A stretch of 64,000 nt of DNA, from NCBI GenBank assembly GCA_021801565.1, contig JAJYXV010000015.1:23839-87838 (forward strand), written 5' to 3'. Shown here piece after piece: positions 50,661-60,095 of this stretch. The notes beneath the pieces are model-generated. The model was not told the DNA's origin, did not search any database, and saw only the letters and a program-made list of their open reading frames with translations. Source of the DNA: a bacterium. Its GTDB lineage: Bacteria; Patescibacteriota; Minisyncoccia; UBA6257; GWB1-50-10. The stretch's first letter is position 1. Every line of letters begins with the position of its first letter. The position numbers and the translations under genes are program-made.

Positions 50661-50693
50661 CAGTCTTATATCGATCGGCCAGTAAATGTAATA
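50656..50693. repeat. 38-bp tripartite motif, copy 5 (contains the PaaX-like stop)
   Basis: AATAACAG tcttatat CGATCG gccagtaa ATGTAATA. Confidence 0.8.
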
Positions 50694-50725
50694 CCAGTTA
50701 AAATAAATAGAAAAGAAAAAAGATT

Positions 50726-51568
50726 ATGGGACAAAAATTAGGACAACATTTTTTAAAGAATAAAAAAATACTTCAGATAATTGCCGGGGCAGCTGAATTG
50801 CGTGATGGTGAAACCGTGATTGAAGTCGGTCCAGGACACGGGGAGCTCACAGAGCACCTCAAATCTCAAACCTCAAATCTCAAAAATTGCAAAATAATTT
50901 TGATCGAGAAAGATAAGGCACTTGCTGAACAACTGGAGAAAAAATTTGAAAAAGATAAAAATATAAAAATTATTTATGGAGATGCTTTAAAAATACTTTC
51001 CAGGGTTGTCTCTTCTCTCTCACATAAATCTTCTTCTCTGGGCCCCAGTTATATACTTGTTGGAAATATTCCTTACTACATCACCGGATATTTGCTTCGA
51101 ACAATTCAAGAACTAAAAAATAGACCAACTCGTACAATCGTTATGATACAAAAAGAGGTCGCTGAGCGTATTGTAAAAAAACCACCGGAAATGAATTTAC
51201 TTGCCGCAAGCGTGGCATATTGGGCTGATGCCGCAATTATTATGAGCGTATCAAAAAAAGAATTTGTCCCACAACCAAAAATTGATTCTGCGGTAATCGC
51301 GCTTCATACAAAAAGAACACACTTAAAAAATAGTGGGGGAGAAGAAAAAAAATATTATAAAACACTTGGTATATTATTCAAACAACCAAGAAAAACAATA
51401 AAAAATAATATAACGTTATCGTATCGATCGGCTAGTAAATGTAACACCGGAGAAAAAGAGGAGATATTTAAGAGGTTAAAAAAAACAGGAATAGATATTG
51501 AGCAACGATCACAGAACTTAAGCGTAGAGGAAATAAGAAGGGTCGCAAATGTTATATGTACAAAATAA
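50726..51568 (+). CDS. rsmA: 16S rRNA adenine dimethyltransferase RsmA/KsgA
   Basis: LGQHFL, EVGPGHGELT, GNIPYYIT, MIQKEVAER, F.PQPKIDSA. Confidence 0.95.
   Translation: MGQKLGQHFLKNKKILQIIAGAAELRDGETVIEVGPGHGELTEHLKSQTSNLKNCKIILIEKDKALAEQLEKKFEKDKNIKIIYGDALKILSRVVSSLSHKSSSLGPSYILVGNIPYYITGYLLRTIQELKNRPTRTIVMIQKEVAERIVKKPPEMNLLAASVAYWADAAIIMSVSKKEFVPQPKIDSAVIALHTKRTHLKNSGGEEKKYYKTLGILFKQPRKTIKNNITLSYRSASKCNTGEKEEIFKRLKKTGIDIEQRSQNLSVEEIRRVANVICTK
51409..51446. repeat. 38-bp tripartite motif, copy 6 (inside the rsmA coding sequence)
   Basis: TATAACGT tatcgtat CGATCG gctagtaa ATGTAACA, read as ITLSYRSASKCNT. Confidence 0.82.
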
Positions 51569-51615
51569 AAAACAAATCCCGTTGATAATAACCTTTTACA
51601 ACACCAATAAACGAG

Positions 51616-52233
51616 ATGAAAATAAAATATATGTTTTCTAAACAAATAAAAAAAGGGCGAAACATACCAAAAAGACGCATGTGCCGACACCGGCAGGCGG
51701 AAGCATATATATTCTCTACTATTAATGGGGGGAGAAAATATATTGCTATATTCGTTCTTTTCCTCGTTATGTTTGCCTCTTTGGGCGATAAAACGTTTGC
51801 CGCCATATCTCCAATAAGCCCGTTTGGAGGAAAGGTGATTTCGTGGCTTCCTTCGGCGCCAGGATGTCTTGCTTTTACCACAGCCGTATCTCTCGCAACA
51901 CTCGGTACAATCAATCCGAGTGTTGAAGAATTGGTGGTGGGACCTCCCAATGGCGGAACGTTCGGTATTCTTCGTGTTAATCTTATTCCTGTTCCTCCAA
52001 CAACGATTCATATATATCAACAATATCAACTCCCAGAAACGTACGTACTTGGCTCTTCGGTAAATATTTGTGATGCGTGTAAGGCCGTCGACAAACTTCC
52101 GTTTCTCAAAAATGTGTGCAACACGGGCATCTTAAAAGATATACTTGGAACAGTATGTAGTTTTATTGGCGGCGCATGTCCGATAACAAACCTTGTTTTG
52201 AAGATGGGAACAGCAATAAAACCATCACCGTAG
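51616..52233 (+). CDS. Hypothetical exported Cys-rich protein
   Basis: Signal-like segment, PFGGK motif, several Cys; start uncertain. Confidence 0.65.
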   Translation: MKIKYMFSKQIKKGRNIPKRRMCRHRQAEAYIFSTINGGRKYIAIFVLFLVMFASLGDKTFAAISPISPFGGKVISWLPSAPGCLAFTTAVSLATLGTINPSVEELVVGPPNGGTFGILRVNLIPVPPTTIHIYQQYQLPETYVLGSSVNICDACKAVDKLPFLKNVCNTGILKDILGTVCSFIGGACPITNLVLKMGTAIKPSP

Positions 52234-52290
52234 TCTTCTTGTTTTGTCTCACAAGACTTGGAAAAGCTGATATAATAATAATGAAACAAT

Positions 52291-53043
52291 ATGTCCTTTA
52301 TTAGAAAACATAAAAAAATCTTCTCTCTCCTTATTGTGGTGTGTGCGATAATTACATCGTTCTTTATTGTGCGCGGAGGACAAGAAAAAAAACCAGATTA
52401 TCTTTTCCAAGTAGTAAAAAATACAGCTGAAACGCCATCAACACATATTAAGAATCCGCTTCCTAATCTCACCACCGAATTTACCACTGAATCTCTCAAA
52501 ACACTTATGTCTGAAAAAAATAATGTTGCCGCACAGGAGAAAAACGATGCATCGCAAGCGAAAACACTTCCCGACAAGAACGCCGTGGAAAAAATCGTTG
52601 GTGATATTATCGACAAAGAACTTGAATCGGAAACCATTGATCCAAAAACAATCAGTGTGGCAAAAGACGATTCAAAACAAATGCAAGTGGTATATCTCTT
52701 AGTAATACAAGAAATTATAAAAAATGTATCTGAAAAAAATAGCACGGAAGATGTAACAAAGATGCCTATTGCCGCATATTTTGGAAATATTGGAAATAAT
52801 TTTAAAAACACTGTTGATATTTTAAAAATAATGAACGTTCCACCGTCGTGGGTCGATATACATGCAAGTCTCCTTGGGTTTTTTACTTCACAAAAAAATG
52901 TGTATCTTTCGCTTTCACAAGCCGACCAAGATCCGCTCCGATTTATGATCGCGATTCAGCGCATCGCCGATGAAAGTGAGAAAAAATTTGATGATATTCG
53001 AATAAAAATAGACAAGCGGGTAAAAGAACAAAAAATTATCTAA
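52291..53043 (+). CDS. Hypothetical membrane-anchored protein
   Basis: N-terminal TM, helical domain, VPPSWVDIH and DPLR motifs. Confidence 0.7.
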   Translation: MSFIRKHKKIFSLLIVVCAIITSFFIVRGGQEKKPDYLFQVVKNTAETPSTHIKNPLPNLTTEFTTESLKTLMSEKNNVAAQEKNDASQAKTLPDKNAVEKIVGDIIDKELESETIDPKTISVAKDDSKQMQVVYLLVIQEIIKNVSEKNSTEDVTKMPIAAYFGNIGNNFKNTVDILKIMNVPPSWVDIHASLLGFFTSQKNVYLSLSQADQDPLRFMIAIQRIADESEKKFDDIRIKIDKRVKEQKII

Positions 53044-53052
53044 TTTATAGCT

Positions 53053-54546
53053 ATGGTGCATTATATAAAAAATATTGTTGTCCTCTTCTTTATTGTGGTG
53101 TTTTTATATGCTCCATTTTCTGCGTACGGGCAATCTACTTCAACAACCGCCACTTCAACACAAACACTTTCAAGTAAGGGAGAGGTGCAAGGAATGGAAA
53201 TGTGTATCAAGGCGGCGCGTCTTTCTGCAAAATATGGTGGATTTACGGCGCTTGATCGTGTACAAACAAATATCACAAACAGCGTGAAAAATTATCTAAG
53301 TATGCAATTTAATAGCGCAACGGGTCTTAATATTGATTTTTCGAATCTCGGATCAAGCATTATTAATCAAGGGCTAGGGATGTTAAATGACGTATTTGGA
53401 AACGTCCTGAAAGATGAAGTAGGAAAACAAGTGGATACACTAAAGAAAAAAGCACAAGATGAATTGGAAAGAATAGCAAAAGAAGCGCTTGGAAACGTAG
53501 TCAAAGATGCGACAAACGCGTTAAATCCGCTTTCTCCAGTACCCACCGCAGAACAAGGGGACTTGCTTGATGAAGCAAGAAAACAAAACGAAAAAACAAA
53601 TCAAATGATCGCCGAACAGAAACGCGCTCAACTTATTGCGGATACGCGGGATAAATGCCAAGAACTTTTAAAAACCACCACAGAGACAATAAAGCGATCT
53701 CTTTTGTATCAACTCTCAAACCAAATTACACAATGGATTGTAAACGATGAAAAACCGCAATTTGTAAAAGACCCCGGGCAATTTTTAGCGGATACTGCGC
53801 AACTTGCAGTTGATCGAACGATCTCCAGAATTGCTCCTCGCCTTTGCACTCCATTCCAGCTTTCCATCACTGCACAAATTCCAACCGCAAACCGACAGGC
53901 AAATCCGTTCTACGAAGAGCTAACCTGCACGCTCGACCAAGTAACAGGAAATATTGAGGCGTTCTATAACGACTTCAGAAACGGCGGGTGGATCGCATAT
54001 CAAGAAATGTGGAAACCGCAAAATAATTATTATGGCGCATCAATGATGGTTCAAGAAGAACTTGCACAACAACAAGCGGCTGCCACACAACTCGCGCAAG
54101 AAGACTTACAAAGAGGAAGTGGTTTTCCCAGTCAAACACAATGTGTTGAGTGGCAACTTTATGTACCAACGGATTGTAATTTAAACGATTTGCAAAAACG
54201 GATGTCTGATGTTCTTCAAGTTGGGGGGCAATGTTTTGTTGCGGTGGATGGAGAAATACACGGACCCACGGATGACGGGAAAGAGCCACCACTTAGCACC
54301 GCAACCACACAGGCACCCGAAGGATCATATTGGCAGTGTCAGAGAAGTGAAATCACGAATCCAGGAACCATCACCGCACGTCTGGGAGAAAAAGCACAAC
54401 AAATGGAAGTAAATCAACTTGAAACAACAGGCGATATAGAAAATTTCCTTGATACGATTGGCGATGCAATTGTAAACAAACTCGTAAAGTCTGGTATTGG
54501 GGGCCTCCGCGGATTATTACAGGGGCTTCCTCCGCTAAATCCCTAA
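53053..54546 (+). CDS. Hypothetical exported protein of the secretion cluster
   Basis: Signal peptide, QWI...PQFV.DPG.FL, F..GGW, ITNPG motifs; co-oriented in the operon. Confidence 0.7.
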   Translation: MVHYIKNIVVLFFIVVFLYAPFSAYGQSTSTTATSTQTLSSKGEVQGMEMCIKAARLSAKYGGFTALDRVQTNITNSVKNYLSMQFNSATGLNIDFSNLGSSIINQGLGMLNDVFGNVLKDEVGKQVDTLKKKAQDELERIAKEALGNVVKDATNALNPLSPVPTAEQGDLLDEARKQNEKTNQMIAEQKRAQLIADTRDKCQELLKTTTETIKRSLLYQLSNQITQWIVNDEKPQFVKDPGQFLADTAQLAVDRTISRIAPRLCTPFQLSITAQIPTANRQANPFYEELTCTLDQVTGNIEAFYNDFRNGGWIAYQEMWKPQNNYYGASMMVQEELAQQQAAATQLAQEDLQRGSGFPSQTQCVEWQLYVPTDCNLNDLQKRMSDVLQVGGQCFVAVDGEIHGPTDDGKEPPLSTATTQAPEGSYWQCQRSEITNPGTITARLGEKAQQMEVNQLETTGDIENFLDTIGDAIVNKLVKSGIGGLRGLLQGLPPLNP

Positions 54547-54549
54547 TCA

Positions 54550-56931
54550 ATGTTTAAAAAATATAAAAAAATACTTATTTTTGTGTTGTTGTTTATAACC
54601 ATTTTTATTTCTGGATCTGTTTTTCTTACACAAAAAGCAAATGCAATAGCAGGATATCCAGATTTTATGATGAACCCCTATAATCCAGTTACACAAAAAA
54701 TAGGAGAGGTGGCAACAGATATAATAACATGGCCACTAAGAGAGGCGTTTAAGGGACTTATGTATGTTTTAGCACTTATTGCGGGGCTTTTATTTTGGAT
54801 AGGGGCGCAGCTCATTGGATTTTTTATGTCGCTCAATATGGCAATTTTCGACATGCCTCTCGTTGAGGTGGGGTGGAAAATTGTCCGCGATGTTGCAAAC
54901 TTGGGATTTGTTCTTGCAATTATCATTATTGCAGTTGCTACCATTGTGCGATACGAAGAGTATGGAACAAAAAAACTTCTCCCAAAGCTTATCGCGGCCG
55001 CAATTTTAGTAAATTTCAGTTTAACCATTGGCGCTGTGTTTATTGATTTTTCAAACACACTTACAAATTTCTTTATCTCTAAGTCTTCAAAAAATGGTGA
55101 TGTTATTGGTATGACCACAGAACTTGCGAGAGGTTTTGATACACAGCAATTTTTAAGAACACACACAAGCGGCAACCAATTTATACAAGGGGGGGCAGCA
55201 CCAATATATGAAACATTTGCATCAATTTTAAGTTTATCTATGGCCGCATTATTTACATTTATTTCCGCGGTGAGTTTGTTGGGAATCGCAATTATGCTTC
55301 TCGTGCGTTTTATGTATCTCTCCGTGCTTCTTCTTGTTTCTCCGATTATTTATCTCTTTTGGGTCATACCCGATACAGCATCGGTGTGGAAAAGTTGGTG
55401 GAGAAAGTTTTTGGAATGGGTATTTAATGCTCCAATTCTTACTTCGTTTCTTTATCTTACCGTCATATCAACTACCGCGCTTGGAAAATTTGCTGATAAA
55501 TATGCGGTCAGTGCTGGTTCAAAAATTAATGACAGTTTATCGCTCACCCCTCAAATTCTTATTGTTATAGGAAACTCACTTATTATGACTGGGCTTCTCG
55601 TTGGAGCGCTTTTGGTGGCAAACAGTTTGGGTATTACCGGCGCAACCACCGCATATAGTCTCGCGTCAAAAGCCGGAAAAACAACAAAGAAGTGGGCACT
55701 TGATAAGAGCAAGGGCGCGGCGAAAAAGGCTGGGAGAAGCGCGCTCACGGCAGGAACAAAGACAGATGATCAAGGAAACACAACGACCGCGCTCGAACGA
55801 TTTGGCGGAAAGTATGGAAAGATTCCTCTTATCGGCAGGGCAATTACGGGGATTTCTGGTGCCTCATCCTCTGCAAGGGCAACAAGTGGCAAGGGAGTAG
55901 AGGAAAGAATGAAGGGACTTGAAAACAGGACGGGCGACGACTTGGTGGCGCTCGCGAGCAGAAAGGGTCTTTCATCGGAGGAGCTTGCAGCCACTGGTAT
56001 TGCCGCCGCGAAGAAAGGAAAATGGAATGATCTAAGTGAAGAAACACGAAAGAGCGTGGTGGATGCGGCACGAAAAACAAAGACGGGAGATAAACTTGCT
56101 GAACAAGCCCCGTGGCTCGCAAAAGAACTGGGAGAAGACGAAGTAAAGATAGCCGCAAAAATGAACGAAGTTCCAAAGAGTGCAATTTATGAAAAGAAAG
56201 ATGGTGATGGAAACGTCATTAAAGACGCAAGCGGCAAACCAATAAAGGAGGTGAATCCAAATTACGAGAAGTTTGTACAGGATAACGCAATGAATTTCCC
56301 GGCTCAATTTAAAGAAGAAATTGGAAAACTTCCAAAGGACACCGGAGAGGCGGTGCGCGAGGCATTTACAGCTGGTCTTAAAGATAAGGTGAGAGAAAAA
56401 ATAGAGGTTGAGGTTTATAATGCGGCGACAAAAACATTCGAAAAAGAAAAAGGATATGAAGCGGTTGAAAAGGCAAATAAGATTATAGACGACACAAAGG
56501 GTCCGTTGAAAATAATAGAAACGGCTATAGAAGATTTGAGAGATAAGGTTGATAAACCACAACTTGTTGCACTCCAAAAACAAAAAACAAAACTTGGTGA
56601 CGAGGAAACAAAACTTAATAACGAGTTGAATGGTCTACGAAGCGATCCATTACTAAACGCTGGTAAGATCAAGGAAACAGAGAAAAAAATAGCAACAATC
56701 AAGAAAGAAATTGTGTCTGTCGAAAAAGAGTTTACAAATCTTAATGATATACAGACAGAATTTGATAACAAAAAGGCCGAGCGAAAAGCAATAATTGATG
56801 TGGTATCTACTCAAGAAGAGAAATTAAAAAAGATGAAAGATAGTATTGGAAGGGAAAACGCTCGTATAGTGAGCAAACTTGACGATATTACAAAAGATGT
56901 TTCGTTCAAAAAAAACCAAAAAACACCCTAA
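54550..56931 (+). CDS. VirB6/TrbL-like polytopic membrane protein with long coiled-coil C-terminus
   Basis: GWKIVRDVAN, ILVNFS...IDFSN, R..YL..L...SP......P......W..WW. Confidence 0.72.
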   Translation: MFKKYKKILIFVLLFITIFISGSVFLTQKANAIAGYPDFMMNPYNPVTQKIGEVATDIITWPLREAFKGLMYVLALIAGLLFWIGAQLIGFFMSLNMAIFDMPLVEVGWKIVRDVANLGFVLAIIIIAVATIVRYEEYGTKKLLPKLIAAAILVNFSLTIGAVFIDFSNTLTNFFISKSSKNGDVIGMTTELARGFDTQQFLRTHTSGNQFIQGGAAPIYETFASILSLSMAALFTFISAVSLLGIAIMLLVRFMYLSVLLLVSPIIYLFWVIPDTASVWKSWWRKFLEWVFNAPILTSFLYLTVISTTALGKFADKYAVSAGSKINDSLSLTPQILIVIGNSLIMTGLLVGALLVANSLGITGATTAYSLASKAGKTTKKWALDKSKGAAKKAGRSALTAGTKTDDQGNTTTALERFGGKYGKIPLIGRAITGISGASSSARATSGKGVEERMKGLENRTGDDLVALASRKGLSSEELAATGIAAAKKGKWNDLSEETRKSVVDAARKTKTGDKLAEQAPWLAKELGEDEVKIAAKMNEVPKSAIYEKKDGDGNVIKDASGKPIKEVNPNYEKFVQDNAMNFPAQFKEEIGKLPKDTGEAVREAFTAGLKDKVREKIEVEVYNAATKTFEKEKGYEAVEKANKIIDDTKGPLKIIETAIEDLRDKVDKPQLVALQKQKTKLGDEETKLNNELNGLRSDPLLNAGKIKETEKKIATIKKEIVSVEKEFTNLNDIQTEFDNKKAERKAIIDVVSTQEEKLKKMKDSIGRENARIVSKLDDITKDVSFKKNQKTP

Positions 56932-56934
56932 CAC

Positions 56935-58200
56935 ATGGAAGAGATGAATGACATTCCACAAACCATACGTGATCAAATAGGATCAGGAAAAATTATCGCA
57001 ACCATTGATTCAATCAATGAGCGTGCCGACATTGCGCGTCTTGATATTATTCCACAACTTGTATATGACGTGCTTTCAAGGGGTGTTCCCGCAAAAGATT
57101 TTATTTCACACTGTTCGGGTGTTTTAAACTTCAATCAAAAAAAGTTGAAAGCGGTGGTGCGAGAAATAAAAGAAAAAATATTGAAACAATTTGATTATGC
57201 GCTTTTGAACTATGGGGTAGATATAAAAGAGATAGATGTGTCAGATGCGATGACGCTTGATGAATACACAAAACAACATAATGAGATGCTTGCTTCTGTT
57301 GGTATTGAGGTTGAAAAACCAGTTTCTACAATTTCTCTCGAAAATTTCTCGGACACCGAACCAGAAAATCTTGGTCCGGTGAAAATAAGCGTAAGCGGAC
57401 CCACTGACGAAACCACAAAAAAAATTGAAGTAACCGAAGAACCCGCACCACTTGTAATACATAGAGAAAAACCACAAACGGCCGCACAAGAGAATCTACC
57501 AACTAAGGGATACTCACAACAAACAAGGGGGTTTTCCCTCCCATTTGGGTTTTTTAAACAAAAAATTGTGCAAACACAAGCGCCATCAACACCAGTGAAA
57601 GCAACGATTGAATTTTGGAAGAAAGATGAACCAAAAAAACGCGCTGTTGATTATAGTGAGTTGAGAACACCACTTACGCCTTTTGCCGGACTAACCAACA
57701 ACAAGCAACCAACAACCGACAACACTAAAATAACTGACATCGGGATAAAAGAAACTGACCGCGCTCAAACACAGCCAATAACTCAGAAAATAAATCCACT
57801 TATGATGTTTGGAAACAAACAAACGACAAACAACCCTCAACCAACAACACAAAAAGAGGGGGGTGGCATCCTTGATATTAGGACGGGGGAGAGAAACGAC
57901 AAACAACCGAAAATCGAAAACTTAAGAGAAAATACAAAAACATCCGCCCAAGGCGGACCGGCCTCGGGTCGGCAGACCGCTCCAGTAATAAATACCGTTC
58001 CAAAACAAAACACACCCACCGAGCAAAAACCAACTCCAAACCCACAACAGCAAAAAACCGAAGGTCAAAAAGGAAAGGGGTTTGTCTGGTTTAAAAAACC
58101 AACGCAGAAAAGTACAACGATAACTAACAACAACACAGACAAAGATCCGAGAATCGAAGGAAACACGGTTGATCTACGATCAACAAACAATGAAAAATAA
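56935..58200 (+). CDS. Hypothetical protein with low-complexity, repeat-derived C-terminal half
   Basis: Operonic ORF ending GNTVDLR; contains TNNKQPTT-type tracts. Confidence 0.7.
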   Translation: MEEMNDIPQTIRDQIGSGKIIATIDSINERADIARLDIIPQLVYDVLSRGVPAKDFISHCSGVLNFNQKKLKAVVREIKEKILKQFDYALLNYGVDIKEIDVSDAMTLDEYTKQHNEMLASVGIEVEKPVSTISLENFSDTEPENLGPVKISVSGPTDETTKKIEVTEEPAPLVIHREKPQTAAQENLPTKGYSQQTRGFSLPFGFFKQKIVQTQAPSTPVKATIEFWKKDEPKKRAVDYSELRTPLTPFAGLTNNKQPTTDNTKITDIGIKETDRAQTQPITQKINPLMMFGNKQTTNNPQPTTQKEGGGILDIRTGERNDKQPKIENLRENTKTSAQGGPASGRQTAPVINTVPKQNTPTEQKPTPNPQQQKTEGQKGKGFVWFKKPTQKSTTITNNNTDKDPRIEGNTVDLRSTNNEK

Positions 58201-58202
58201 CA

Positions 58203-58577
58203 ATGACAGGGGATAAAAACCACGGATTTCGTTTCAAAGAATGGGACATTTATAAAGACTCGCGGAAACTAAGAACACAAATAAACGCTCTATTGAAAAC
58301 ATATCCCAAAGAAGAAAAGTTCGCGCTTGTTGACCAAACAAAAAGGGCATTAAATTCAATAGTGCTAAATATAGCCGAGGGGTCAAATAGAAGCACAGAT
58401 AAAGATTCAAAACTTTTTATAAATCGCGCACACGCGTCTCTTGATGAGGTTGTTGCATGCATTGATTGTGCGCTTGATGATAATTATATAGACAAAGAGG
58501 TGCACGAAAACATCATGATTAAATCTGAAAACTTAGCAAAACAATTAAGGGGATTTTATAAATATCTTTCCAAGTGA
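58203..58577 (+). CDS. Four helix bundle protein (IVS/Avd-like family)
   Basis: F.EW.IY, P.EEKFALVDQ..RA..SIVLNIAEG, F...A..SL.E. Confidence 0.92.
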   Translation: MTGDKNHGFRFKEWDIYKDSRKLRTQINALLKTYPKEEKFALVDQTKRALNSIVLNIAEGSNRSTDKDSKLFINRAHASLDEVVACIDCALDDNYIDKEVHENIMIKSENLAKQLRGFYKYLSK

Positions 58578-58622
58578 TTTTTTGTAATTGTTATCGGTTA
58601 TAGTTATAGTTAATGTATACTC

Positions 58623-59111
58623 ATGGCTACTTTTCAGGTTCCGCAATTTATTGATCAAAAACCAAAAATAGTAGGGCCGCTCACGCTCACACAGTTTTTT
58701 TATATTGCAATTGCGGCGGGTATTGTATTCGCTTCTTTTTATATATTTAATCTTTTTGTTTGGATACTTGTAAGTATTGTTTTTGTTACAATCGGTGTTG
58801 GGCTCGCATTCATAAAAATAAATGGACGGGAGATGCCAAAAGTAATACGCGACGGGCTTTATTTCTTTTTAAAACCGCGAATTTATACGTGGCAAAGGAT
58901 TACAGAAGAACCGCTTTACGAAGAGGAGAAAATAGAAAATACAAGAAAAACAATGGGTGCGAGAGAAAAATTAAATTCAATCGTACTAAACGTCACCACA
59001 GGAAAATTGTTTTCACCAAAACAAATGAGAAGCGAACAAAAAAAAGAAGAGTATCAAGTGGCCACATTCGAGACCGGAGAAAGAAGAAAAATAAAAAGAG
59101 TGGACTATTAA
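58623..59111 (+). CDS. PrgI family protein (VirB3-like)
   Basis: FQVPQFID..PKIVGPLTLTQF, 2 TM, PRIYTW. Confidence 0.88.
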   Translation: MATFQVPQFIDQKPKIVGPLTLTQFFYIAIAAGIVFASFYIFNLFVWILVSIVFVTIGVGLAFIKINGREMPKVIRDGLYFFLKPRIYTWQRITEEPLYEEEKIENTRKTMGAREKLNSIVLNVTTGKLFSPKQMRSEQKKEEYQVATFETGERRKIKRVDY

Positions 59112-59199
59112 CAATACTAAAACTCTAATTTCCAATATCAAACGAAGACAAAAAATCAAAATGACAAACGAGGACATAAATTAACCGCCGATAAAATCT

Positions 59200-59302
59200 C
59201 AAATTACCAATGTCGAATAAATAACAAAATCAAAACACTAAATTTTTAAGTTTTAATCATTTGAATTTTGTTGGAAATTAAGATTTTGAAACTTGGATTT
59301 TA
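59200..59302. repeat. ~100-bp intergenic repeat A
   Basis: caatgtcgaa.aaataacaaaat...gttggaaattaagattttgaaa.ttggattt shared with 59981-60089. Confidence 0.8.
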
Positions 59303-59329
59303 AATACAAGATAGTAGATAATAAAAAGT

Positions 59330-59980
59330 ATGTCGAACACACCAAAAAACACAACCGCACCATCCCAACAATTTGTTGAAATTACAAAGGTAGAAGATGG
59401 AGTAGTATATCTTAAAAAAGGAGGGATTCGCAAGATAATCATTGTGAGCGGAATTAATTTTGATTTAAAATCAGAAACCGAACAGAATCTTATATTAAGC
59501 AGCTTTCAAGACTTTTTAAATACGGTTGATTTTTCGGTACAATTTTTTGTTCATTCAAGGAAGGTAAATATTGATACTTACATGGAGCGAATGCGAGCGC
59601 GTCGCGAAGAAGAATCAAATGAACTTTTAAAAATACAAATAGATGAGTATATAAATTTTATAAAAACATTTATCGAACAGAATAAAATAATTTCAAAAAC
59701 ATTTTTTGTCATTGTTCCCTATGAAGCGGGGGATGCTATTGAACAAGCAAAGAAGGGGTTTCTGAGTTTTTTTGGAAAAAAACAATCACAAACCGAAGAT
59801 GTTCCAAATGCACAGGCGGCAATTGAACAGCTAAATCATCGTGTTGACCAGGTAATTTCTGGTCTTCAACAAATTGGACTTCGAGCGGTTCCTCTTGAAG
59901 ATGAAGAGCTCACCGAGCTTTTTTATAATCTCTATAATCCGCAACTTGTCGAGAAAAAAGGAATAGAGGTGCAGAAATGA
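59330..59980 (+). CDS. TraC/VirB4 N-terminal-like protein
   Basis: INFDLKSE.EQ, FLNTVDFSVQ, L.ELFYNLYNP; lies between prgI and virB4. Confidence 0.75.
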   Translation: MSNTPKNTTAPSQQFVEITKVEDGVVYLKKGGIRKIIIVSGINFDLKSETEQNLILSSFQDFLNTVDFSVQFFVHSRKVNIDTYMERMRARREEESNELLKIQIDEYINFIKTFIEQNKIISKTFFVIVPYEAGDAIEQAKKGFLSFFGKKQSQTEDVPNAQAAIEQLNHRVDQVISGLQQIGLRAVPLEDEELTELFYNLYNPQLVEKKGIEVQK

Positions 59981-60089
59981 CAAATTACTAATTTTCAATG
60001 TCGAACAAATAACAAAATTAAAAAATCAAATTTAAGATCTTTGTCATTTAGATTCTGTTGGAAATTAAGATTTTGAAATTTGGATTTAA
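59981..60089. repeat. ~100-bp intergenic repeat B
   Basis: Near-direct copy of 59200-59302. Confidence 0.8.
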
Positions 60090-60095
60090 CAACAT

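Noticed and set aside
58203-58577. Diversity-generating retroelement (Avd homologue)
   Set aside because: No reverse transcriptase, and no TR/VR pair with adenine-specific differences was seen; the 59200/59981 repeats are intergenic and differ by indels.
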